Shown here: in pieces, positions 9,631-18,800 of the stretch
How positions within the stretch are numbered: the stretch's first letter is position 1
How the letters are laid out: each line of letters starts with the position of its first letter
IMG/VR virus record: IMGVR_UViG_3300017705_000602
Source: a virus
Taxonomy: Duplodnaviria > Heunggongvirae > Uroviricota > Caudoviricetes
Direction: 5' to 3' (one strand)
DNA: 29,214 nt
The notes under the pieces: generated by a model
What the model saw: the letters and a program-made list of their open reading frames with translations, nothing else
Databases searched by the model: none
Told to the model about the DNA's origin: nothing
Program-made: the position numbers and the translations under genes

Positions 9631-10119
9631 ATGAGCAATGACTTTCACGAAAAGTTAAAAATTGGCGAAAACTTCGAAACAAATTATGTACTACCCATGC
9701 TACTTGAAATACATCCTGAGTACTGGATTGAATCCACACACGATTACAAGACAGGACACTACGCCGGACCTAGGGTGCAAACCAGCGGCAAACCACCGCT
9801 AATTCTGCCAGATTTCAAGTTATTTAATCCACGAAACAGTCATTCTGTTATGTATGAAGCAAAGTACAAAGCAAAGGCGTTTTCCATTACGGGTTTTATA
9901 GGTAAAAAGTTTGTTGCTGTAGAAGAAACTAAAGTTAAAGAGTACCAGCAAGTGGCAAGGTTGTTCAGATCCGATTTAAAGTTTGTTATAGGATGTGGTG
10001 AAACAGGAAGCATATATATTTGCGATTCTTGGATACCTCATTATTTCAACAATAAATACTACACAGGAAATGTGTGTGCATTTGAATTAAATGAAGAAAA
10101 CGTAGTAGGGAAACTATGA
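9631..10119 (+). CDS. PD-(D/E)xK-family nuclease (162 aa)
   Basis: N-terminal helix GENFE, then LPDF (9805-9816) and YEAK (E-x-K at 9856-9864) with typical spacing. AAGGA RBS. Confidence 0.65.
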   Translation: MSNDFHEKLKIGENFETNYVLPMLLEIHPEYWIESTHDYKTGHYAGPRVQTSGKPPLILPDFKLFNPRNSHSVMYEAKYKAKAFSITGFIGKKFVAVEETKVKEYQQVARLFRSDLKFVIGCGETGSIYICDSWIPHYFNNKYYTGNVCAFELNEENVVGKL

Positions 10120-10583
10120 ATCAAAAATGGCGAGCAAGATACATGAATCTTGCACTCGAAGTTGCCGACTTCTCCGAAGACGATTCAACAAAAGTAGGAT
10201 CGTATATTGTCAATCCTAATACAAATAGACCTGTGTCGTTTGGGTACAACGGAATGCCAAGCGGAGTTCACAACAACCCTGATCGGTACCAGCGCCCAGT
10301 TAAATATTTTTACTTTGAGCATGCAGAACGAAATGCAATATATAATGCCGATCGACAACTAGATGACATGGCAATTTTTGTTACTCACACTCCTTGCGCG
10401 GACTGTACAAGGGCTATTATACAGAACCGCATAACCTCTGTTTATGTGCTAAAAGACCACGGTTTTTATAGTATTTGGACCCAAGAACGGTACACCTTAG
10501 AGCATCGTCAAGCTATACAAAGCATGTTGTCAGAAGCCGGCATTAAAGTGTTTGAAATCACACGCGAAGGCGTCCTTGCCTAA
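10116..10583 (+). CDS. dCMP deaminase-family zinc deaminase (155 aa)
   Basis: HAE and PCADC zinc motifs, plus TKVG and GYNG motifs. ATGA overlap with the nuclease stop. Confidence 0.9.
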   Translation: MNQKWRARYMNLALEVADFSEDDSTKVGSYIVNPNTNRPVSFGYNGMPSGVHNNPDRYQRPVKYFYFEHAERNAIYNADRQLDDMAIFVTHTPCADCTRAIIQNRITSVYVLKDHGFYSIWTQERYTLEHRQAIQSMLSEAGIKVFEITREGVLA

Positions 10584-10605
10584 CTAAACCCCACCTGTTT
10601 CTTTT

Positions 10606-10615
10606 GATAAATACA
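10606..10615 (+). promoter_or_regulatory. Candidate late promoter GATAAATACA upstream of the fibre operon
   Basis: Intergenic, 30 nt before ATG 10645. The 15-mer GATAAATACATAAAA matches the copy at 28843(-) at 14 of 15 positions. Confidence 0.7.
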
Positions 10616-10644
10616 TAAAACAATAAGTTCAAGGTTTATGTATA

Positions 10645-13600
10645 ATGGCAAAAGAGCACAAACAGGTTTATAGCGGATCTCGATTAATATTCGAAAACAC
10701 ATCGGGTGACGTAGGAAAATTCCAAGTCGATGTAAATGGTAACCTTGTTGTTACAGGTAACTTAAATATTCTCGGTGACTTAGAAAGTACCGACGTTACA
10801 CAATCGACACTACAAATTGATGACAAATCGATTATACTTAACCGCGGCGAGTTAGGCCCTGGTGTAGGTGCTACTCCAGGTACAGCGCCATTGTCGGGTC
10901 TTATTGTAGATCGCGGAATGTACGAGCAAACAGGTACTAACGACAACGGCGAACCGATTTACGAATTTAGAGATTCACCGTATACGCCTGCAACTGTTTT
11001 ATGGAATGAAATAATCAAGGCTTGGGATTTCAACACCGACTTGGTTACTCTTGACTTAGATGGCAATACAAACACATCAGTTGAATGGCAAGACAGATTT
11101 ACATGGACTGACCCAAGACTAGTTAACATTGGCGATCCTGAAGGTGACCACAGAACTTCCGAACTTGAAACTGATCCTTTACTGAGAGGCACTGCCGCAA
11201 ATGTCGGATGGGTAGCTGACATAACTAACCCAATTGAAATCAACATTGATAACCTTGAAGAATATCTAAACACTGCTCAGTCCAAAACAGATAACCATAT
11301 CATGTACTGGAGATCCAACAACGGTCTGCGTTACGGTGGTTCATGGTCAACAGAAGAACTTAGAATATTTTACGACAAGTCACCAGCATTTGGCGGCGAC
11401 GTTGATACAAACGGGTACGATTTTACCTACTTTGGCAATTACAAAGATACTTCGGCTACCTCTTCGCGTGCAACAAAATACAGTAATTTGTACTTAGGCG
11501 ACACTGACGGACAGGATAGCGAATACGATAACACTACGTTGTGGGCACAAAACGATTTAACAATCGAATCGGAAAGTTCAATACTAGAATTGTTCGGTGG
11601 TACCGAAGTTGAAATTACTGCTCCGCTTGCTGATATCAATGCAACTACAGAGTTTGATTTAACAACTCCACTTGCAGATATCAATGCAACTACAGAGTTT
11701 GATTTAACAACTCCACTTGCAGATATTAATGCAACAACATTCGATCTTGACGGCACAACCAGTAACATCAATTCGAGTACTAGTTTCACATTGCAAACTC
11801 CACTTGCTGATATCAATGCAACTACAGAGTTTGATTTAACAACTCCACTTGCAGATATTAATGCAACAACATTTGATGCAAACGGATCGGTTGCAGATCA
11901 TAACTACACTTCAAGTTTTACTGTTACGTCTCCGGATGTAAACATTAATGCAACAACTGATTATCAGTTGATAGCACCGTTAGTAGATATTAATGCAACT
12001 ACAGAATTCCAACTTGACACACCGTTAGCAGATATTAATGCAACAACGTTCGACTATGACGGTTCGACTTTTTTAGTTGATGCATCATCCGAAGCACAAA
12101 TTACGGCCCCGACAGTCGATGTTAATGCAACAACAACATATACGTTGGACACACCGACTGCAACTGTTAATGCAACAACATTTGATTTGAATAGTACAAA
12201 TGTACTAGTTGATGCAACTACCGAGATACAGTTAACAGCACCAACGGTCGATGTTAATGCGTCGACTGTGTTTACGCTTGACACACCACTTGGTGATTTT
12301 AATGTAGCAACACTTGATATCGATGGTGCAACAAGCAACATTAATTCAACAACAAGCTTTACCGTTACATCACCGCAGGTGGACATTAATGCTGGTACTC
12401 AGTACGATTTAACAACACCTTTTGCGGATATTAACGCTACTACATTTGATGCCGACGGTTCCGTTGCAAATCACAATTATACAACAAGCTTTGATATTGT
12501 GTCACCAGCAACAACTGTTAACGCAGGAACAGAATTCCAACTTGATACTCCACTTGCAGATATTAATGCAGTCTCTTTTGATCTTGACGGCACAACCAGT
12601 AACATCAATTCGAGTACCAGTTTCACATTGCAAACTCCACTTGCTGATATCAATGCAACTACAGAGTTTGATTTAACAACTCCACTTGCTGATATCAATG
12701 CAACCACATTCGATCTTGACAGCACCAACATATTTGCCGACGCAACTACTGAGATACAGTTAACCGCACCAACAGTTGATGTTAATGCGAATACTATTTT
12801 TACTCTTAACACACCAAACGGTGATTTCACAGTAACTGATCTTGATGTAACCAGCACCAGTTACAATCATGTGACTAGTACTGCATATATAGATGCATCG
12901 ACATCAATAAGACTTGACGCACCTACTGCCGATTTAAACTTTTCTCAAGTTGATCACGATGGTATTAACTTTACTAGCACTGTTTCAGGTACATTTACTG
13001 TAAACGGTACAGGTGACGTTGTACTTTCTCCAGCAGGATCGGTTACAATAAACGATTATGTGATGCCGTCTGCCGATGGAAGCGCCGGCCAGTCAATGAT
13101 CACCGATGGTAACGGTAATGTAACTTTCCAGACAGCGGCAACAGAAGCGACAGCACTTGAAACAGGAAGAAATATTGCAGTATCAGGAGCAGTAACAGGC
13201 TCGGCTTTCTTTGATGGTACAACAGATATCACAATTGCTACAACTGCCACAAGCGACCCGACACTAACACTGGCAGGAGATGCAACAGGTAGTGCAACAT
13301 TTACAAACTTAGGTAATGCAACACTAACTGTTACTGTGTTAGACGACTCGCACAGACACGTAGCTTCAAACATCGATAACTTTGCAGAAGAAGTCGAAGA
13401 TGTAGTAGGCGGAATGGTAACTGGAAACACCGAAAACGGAATCACAGTTACTTACCAGGATGCAGACGGAACACTAGATTTTAATGTGAACGATCCGGTA
13501 ATAACACTAACGGGTGATGTTTCTGGTTCAGCAACCATGACAAATTTAAGCAACACTACTATATCGGTAACCGTTGCAGATGATTCGCATAACCATGTAA

Positions 13601-15852
13601 TTTCAAATGTTGATGGATTACAATCGGCACTGAACGCAAAAGCCGATGACAGCACAGTATTCACCGCAGGCTTACATTTATCAGGAGGCGGTAACTTAGG
13701 CGCAAACAGAACGTTTACGTTAACTCCGGCAACTAATAACTACATTGTTGATAACCAGGGTAACCAAAGAATGTACTTTGGTAACGATACAAACACTACC
13801 CAGTTTATTAATAGATTTTCATCAACTGGTACACATCAGTGGAGAAACAGTGGCAACTCAACCGTTGCTACAATCGATCACCTAGGTAATGCATCCTTTA
13901 ACAATATTTCAGCTAATGGAAGCAATTTAACCAATATTAATGCCAACAACATTACATCGGGTACAGTAAACGATGCAAGACTACCGGGTACAATATCATC
14001 GAATATTACCGGTAATGCCGCAACTGCAACAAGGTTAGCAACTGCAAGGACAATCAGTTTAGGTGGCGAATTAGCGGGAAGTGCATCATTTAACGGCACA
14101 TCAAACATTACTATATCGGCGTCAATTAATAACTTCACCGAAAGAACTCAAGACGTAGTAGGTGGAATGGTATCCGGTGGCGTCGAAGACGGCATTAGCG
14201 TTACGTATAATGATTCTGCAGGTGTACTAAACTTCGATATCGATAACACAGTTGTTAGAACAACAGGTAACCAGGATATAACCGGGAATAAATTCTTTCA
14301 ATCAGAAATCGAAAGTCAAGGATTTAGAGCCGGACGCGAAGCAGAACAGCATGTAAATATTTGGGGCGAAGCAAGCGGAAACTTTATTCAGTCAGTTTCA
14401 AGGCCAACCAACAGCAAAGGTTTAACAATCAATGCTACTACCAACACCGGTGATGATGCAATTGTTTCTGGGACGTCTTTTATAGAGTTACAAGTGCTCG
14501 GACAAAGCGGGCTACGCATAAACAGTAATGCCGATGTTTCAATGTCAAACGACTTAGGTGTAAGCGGTGTTATCAGCGGCAACGGCAGTGGACTTACAAA
14601 TCTTAATGCAAACAACATTACTACTGGTACGATATCGGATGCAAGACTGCCAAACACGATATCGTCAAGTATCACTGGAAATTCTGCAACTGCAACAAGA
14701 GTAGCGAATTCGATATCAGATGGTACATCGGTTAATGCAGTGTTTACTTCAGTCGGATCGGACGGCGCAGGTATCGAAATCGGAAGTACTGGCACCGATC
14801 AAGGATACTTGGAAATATTTACACAAGATAACGGTTCGGAGCCAATCTATGTAAGACAGTACCAGTCGGGCAGTGTTCAGCGAACAGCAACATTACTGAA
14901 TGGTGTAGGGAATACTATATTCCCGAACAATGTTACGGCAGCCAGTTTCTCAGGAAACGGGTCAACACTGACTGCATTGAACGCAGGAAACATTACATCA
15001 GGTACTATAAACGATGCAAGATTACCGAACACTATATCGTCAAGTATTACCGGTAATGCCGCAACTGCATCGAACGCACAGCTTCTTGATAACATCAACA
15101 GCACACAGTTTTTACGCAGTGACCAAGACGACATACATTCATCGAACTTAACAGTCGCAGGCGAATTGCTTACATCGAGAATCAGAACTGATAACAGTAC
15201 GGAAGTAGTTATCAACGTCGGTGAGTCAAACGGGTTTGCTACAGGACAAGGCGCCGAGATACTGTATGTAAATGCCGAAGGCGGCCTACAAGTTAATGCA
15301 TCGCCAGACAACTGGGGATCAGGATGGGCAGGAAGAGTTACAACTAATATATCTGCTACCGGCATTACATGGAACGGCAACACTGTTTGGCATTCGGGTA
15401 ACGATGGCCCTGGTTCAGGTCTAAGTGCCGACTTGTTTGACAACCTTAACAGTTCGCAGTTTTTAAGATCGGATACGTCTGATACTATGTCAGGTAATTT
15501 AACTGTTACTGGAACTGTAACAGCAGGATCGTTTAACACAAGCTCTGCACTAAAATACAAAGACAATGTTGTTGAATTTGACAATGCACTAGATAAAGTG
15601 ATGCAAATAGACACTATTTATTACACACCGAAAACTGGACCAGACAAGTCGCGCAAGATTGGTGTGTCAGCCGAGTCATTAGCAAAAGTTGCACCAGAGT
15701 TTGTTAACTTTGTAAACGATGAACCGGACTCAGTAAACTACGGTCAAATGACAGCAATGTTAATACGTGCGATACAAGAACAAGAAGAAAGACGCATGGT
15801 AAATAAGATTAAGAAACTAGCACAATTTGTAATCAGCTGGTTCATAAAATAA
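10645..15852 (+). CDS. Long tail fibre/spike protein with a C-terminal intramolecular chaperone (peptidase S74-like), 1735 aa
   Basis: Thr/Asn/Asp/Gly-rich repetitive fibre modules. The C-terminal SSALKYKDNV...IGVSAE...VNYGQMTAMLIRAIQE matches the S74 chaperone with a Ser-x4-Lys dyad (Ser codon at 15544). Confidence 0.85.
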   Translation: MAKEHKQVYSGSRLIFENTSGDVGKFQVDVNGNLVVTGNLNILGDLESTDVTQSTLQIDDKSIILNRGELGPGVGATPGTAPLSGLIVDRGMYEQTGTNDNGEPIYEFRDSPYTPATVLWNEIIKAWDFNTDLVTLDLDGNTNTSVEWQDRFTWTDPRLVNIGDPEGDHRTSELETDPLLRGTAANVGWVADITNPIEINIDNLEEYLNTAQSKTDNHIMYWRSNNGLRYGGSWSTEELRIFYDKSPAFGGDVDTNGYDFTYFGNYKDTSATSSRATKYSNLYLGDTDGQDSEYDNTTLWAQNDLTIESESSILELFGGTEVEITAPLADINATTEFDLTTPLADINATTEFDLTTPLADINATTFDLDGTTSNINSSTSFTLQTPLADINATTEFDLTTPLADINATTFDANGSVADHNYTSSFTVTSPDVNINATTDYQLIAPLVDINATTEFQLDTPLADINATTFDYDGSTFLVDASSEAQITAPTVDVNATTTYTLDTPTATVNATTFDLNSTNVLVDATTEIQLTAPTVDVNASTVFTLDTPLGDFNVATLDIDGATSNINSTTSFTVTSPQVDINAGTQYDLTTPFADINATTFDADGSVANHNYTTSFDIVSPATTVNAGTEFQLDTPLADINAVSFDLDGTTSNINSSTSFTLQTPLADINATTEFDLTTPLADINATTFDLDSTNIFADATTEIQLTAPTVDVNANTIFTLNTPNGDFTVTDLDVTSTSYNHVTSTAYIDASTSIRLDAPTADLNFSQVDHDGINFTSTVSGTFTVNGTGDVVLSPAGSVTINDYVMPSADGSAGQSMITDGNGNVTFQTAATEATALETGRNIAVSGAVTGSAFFDGTTDITIATTATSDPTLTLAGDATGSATFTNLGNATLTVTVLDDSHRHVASNIDNFAEEVEDVVGGMVTGNTENGITVTYQDADGTLDFNVNDPVITLTGDVSGSATMTNLSNTTISVTVADDSHNHVISNVDGLQSALNAKADDSTVFTAGLHLSGGGNLGANRTFTLTPATNNYIVDNQGNQRMYFGNDTNTTQFINRFSSTGTHQWRNSGNSTVATIDHLGNASFNNISANGSNLTNINANNITSGTVNDARLPGTISSNITGNAATATRLATARTISLGGELAGSASFNGTSNITISASINNFTERTQDVVGGMVSGGVEDGISVTYNDSAGVLNFDIDNTVVRTTGNQDITGNKFFQSEIESQGFRAGREAEQHVNIWGEASGNFIQSVSRPTNSKGLTINATTNTGDDAIVSGTSFIELQVLGQSGLRINSNADVSMSNDLGVSGVISGNGSGLTNLNANNITTGTISDARLPNTISSSITGNSATATRVANSISDGTSVNAVFTSVGSDGAGIEIGSTGTDQGYLEIFTQDNGSEPIYVRQYQSGSVQRTATLLNGVGNTIFPNNVTAASFSGNGSTLTALNAGNITSGTINDARLPNTISSSITGNAATASNAQLLDNINSTQFLRSDQDDIHSSNLTVAGELLTSRIRTDNSTEVVINVGESNGFATGQGAEILYVNAEGGLQVNASPDNWGSGWAGRVTTNISATGITWNGNTVWHSGNDGPGSGLSADLFDNLNSSQFLRSDTSDTMSGNLTVTGTVTAGSFNTSSALKYKDNVVEFDNALDKVMQIDTIYYTPKTGPDKSRKIGVSAESLAKVAPEFVNFVNDEPDSVNYGQMTAMLIRAIQEQEERRMVNKIKKLAQFVISWFIK
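11600..12980 (+). repeat. In-frame tandem repeat: 45/42-nt subunits (e.g. TPLADINATTEFDLT) organised in a 132-nt (44-aa) super-period
   Basis: Anchor codons at 11749, 11881, 12058, 12190, 12322, 12454, 12586, 12718 and 12850 (spacing 132, once 177). Confidence 0.9.
13915..15081 (+). repeat. Three dispersed ~42-aa repeats NGSxLTxLNAxNITSGTIxDARLPNTISSSITGNAATA in fibre 1
   Basis: Copies at about 13915-14040, 14581-14706 and 14956-15081. Confidence 0.85.
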
Positions 15853-15867
15853 CAGGGATAGAGTATA

Positions 15868-18800
15868 ATGCCACAAAGAATAAACGGTAGCGTTTTTTCA
15901 GATCAAGTACTAACAGGATCATTAAAACATTATGTGTTAATAGGAGCGGATTTTAGCAATAGCTTCGATGACGAGGCCCCTGTCTACGGATCGGCAGCTG
16001 AAGAAATTGCAAGAATTATAACACAGAGAGCTACTATTGCAATATTTAATCCATCGGACATTGGTGTCAGTTTTGCTTTAGAATCAAACAGAGCAAACTG
16101 GGAAGCAGATGAACTTCAGGCTGCTATCAGGGCACTAGGGACCAATGTAGGCTTCGAAGGTTTAGATTTAACAGGAATACGCATCGAAGAAGTGTCGTAT
16201 CAGTTTTTAGGCAGTGATTTTGTATTTATTGTGCCTGATCCAACTATTACACACTTGATAGTAAACAATACATATTTTGTGGCAAGCCCGACTACTTTAA
16301 CTTTGCCTGATTACACGGATGACATAATCGATGTTGGTTCAGTGATTCGGATATTCAAATTTGAAGATATCGAAGTAACAATTGAAGCAAAGCCCGGTCA
16401 GTCGATACGAGATTTAACAAGAGAAGTTACAGGTTCGTCGTATACATATTCTTATAATGAAGAGATCGCAATTGTTTTCGACGGTTTTAAATGGGCAGTA
16501 TATCACGATGACAGAGAGACTATTGACTTGGTTATCGGACTTCAGGCTGAACTTGACTCAAAGCAGAATCTTGCAGAAAAGGGTCAGCCAAACGGATATG
16601 CTAGCTTAGACTCAGACGGACTGGTGCCAGCAAGCCAGTTACCATCGTATGTCGATGATGTTTTAGAATTTCCTGAGAAACTACTTTTCCCAAATCCAGG
16701 TGAGTCTGACAAAATTTATGTTGATTTGTCGACTCTTCGTATTTACAGATGGTCAGGGTCATCGTACATTGAATTATCAACAAGGCCTCCGGATACCGAC
16801 GATGTACCAGAAGGCAGCTTCAATTTATATTTTACTGAGCAGCGAGCAAGAGACTCGATAACTAACGGAACTGGTGTTTTCTATAACAACATTTCGGGCG
16901 AAATATCAATTGGGCAACCAGTTGGCACAACAGACGATGTAACATTTAATACTGTAACAGCTGAATTTATAGGTGACATAACAGGTAATGTAACAGGTCA
17001 AGTGTCCGATATTTCAAATCACGACACAGACGACTTAACCGAAGGCACAGCTAACTTATACTTTACTGTACCTCGAGCAAGAAATGCTGTATCTGCAGGA
17101 ACTGGTGTTACTTATAACTCTGGATCTGGCGTAATATCAATTGGTCAGCCAGTTGGCACAACAGACGATGTCACATTTAACATTGTAACCGCTGACTTAA
17201 TCGGTGACGTAACAGGGCAAGTGTCTGATATTTCAAACCACGACACAGACGACTTAACCGAAGGCACAGCTAACTTATACTTTACTGTACCTCGAGCAAG
17301 AAATGCTGTATCTGCAGGAACAGGTGTTACCTACAACAGTTCGACTGGCGTAATATCAATTGGTCAGCCAGTTGGCACAACAGATGATGTCACGTTTAAT
17401 ACTGTAACAGCTGACGTAATTGGACAAGTGTCTGATATTTCAAACCACGACACAGACGACTTATCCGAAGGAACTGGTAATTTATATTTCACAACACAGC
17501 GAGCAAGAAATTCTGTATCAGCAGGAACAGGTGTTACCTACAACTCAGGCACTGGCGTAATATCAATTGGTCAGCCAGTTGGCACAACAGACGATGTCAC
17601 ATTTAACATTGTAACAGCTGATGTTATTGGACAAGTGTCTGATATTTCAAATCACGACACAGACGACTTAGTCGAAGGAGTTTCGAACCTTTACTTTACT
17701 GAGCAACGTGCAAGAAATTCTGTATCTGCAGGCACCGGCGTTTCGTACGATAGCTTAACCGGTGAGTTTTCAATCGGTCAGCCAGTTGGTACATCAGACG
17801 ATGTCACATTTAACACTGTAACCGCTGACTTAATCGGTGACGTAACAGGACAAGTGTCTGATATTTCAAACCACGACACAGACGACTTAGCTGAAGGCAC
17901 AGCCAATCTTTACTTTACTACACAAAGAGCAAGAGACTCGATAACTAACGGAACTGGTGTTACATACGACTCAGCCACAGGCACAGTTTCAATCGGTCAG
18001 CCAGTTGGTACAACAGACGATGTTACGTTCAATCAAGTAACAGCTGATGTTATTGGACAAGTGTCTGATATTTCAAATTTTAGTACAGACGACTTGGTCG
18101 AAGGCACAACCAATTTATATTACACTGATGCTCGTGTAGAAAATGCTATCCGAAACGTCGGCTTTAAAAATGTCCTAAGAGTCGACAATACGCCAATTGG
18201 CCCGAACGAATTCTCAAGCATCGACGATGCAATAGCAGAAATTGCATCTCGTGGAGATCTTGCATCGGATAACCCATATCAGATTGAACTGGGAGCCGGT
18301 GAATTCTTTAGCGACCCGTTCACAATTCCAAGGTTTGTTACAATAAAAGGTCAGGGCGACAGCACAGTATTAAAACCGAACGACCTCACACAAAACTTTA
18401 TAACCATGACAGCCGACTCGTACCTTGACGACGTTACACTTGGCGGTCCGACTTCACCGAACACATTCTCGATTAATGTTGTTGACACTTTCCCTGGTGC
18501 TGCCGTAATATTTACTGTTCAGTTTACCAGTGCGTGGGGATATATTTCAATTGTAAATAATGCTACTACCCCGCTAGCAGTGGTCATGACAAACACGATT
18601 GTGTCTGGTGTTGCTGGTGCTACATTACCTGTAAAGGTTGAGAGTACTTCAACTGGGCCACTTGTAGCAATATTTAATGGTTTTGCACATTTACTAGTAA
18701 ACCCTGCTATCAGTATTTCGGAATACTTTAATGTTTCTGGACCAGCCACGCAGTGTGTTTTAAACGAACTAAGAATTGAAGGCACAGTAGGCGATATTGA

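Noticed and set aside
10051-10059. AATAAATAC upstream of the deaminase, and similar AATAAATA hits at 16221(-) and 27428-27435(-)
   Set aside because: They lack the leading G and fall in coding sequence, antisense, or a stop/RBS junction. Expected by chance in AT-rich DNA.
11620-11880. 45-nt direct repeats as a possible CRISPR array
   Set aside because: The repeats are contiguous, in frame, lack unique spacers and vary mainly at synonymous positions. No cas genes are present.
11600-12980. Thr-rich periodic repeat as an ice-binding/antifreeze solenoid
   Set aside because: There is no regular TxT ladder, and Thr/Asn richness is normal for phage fibre beta-structures.
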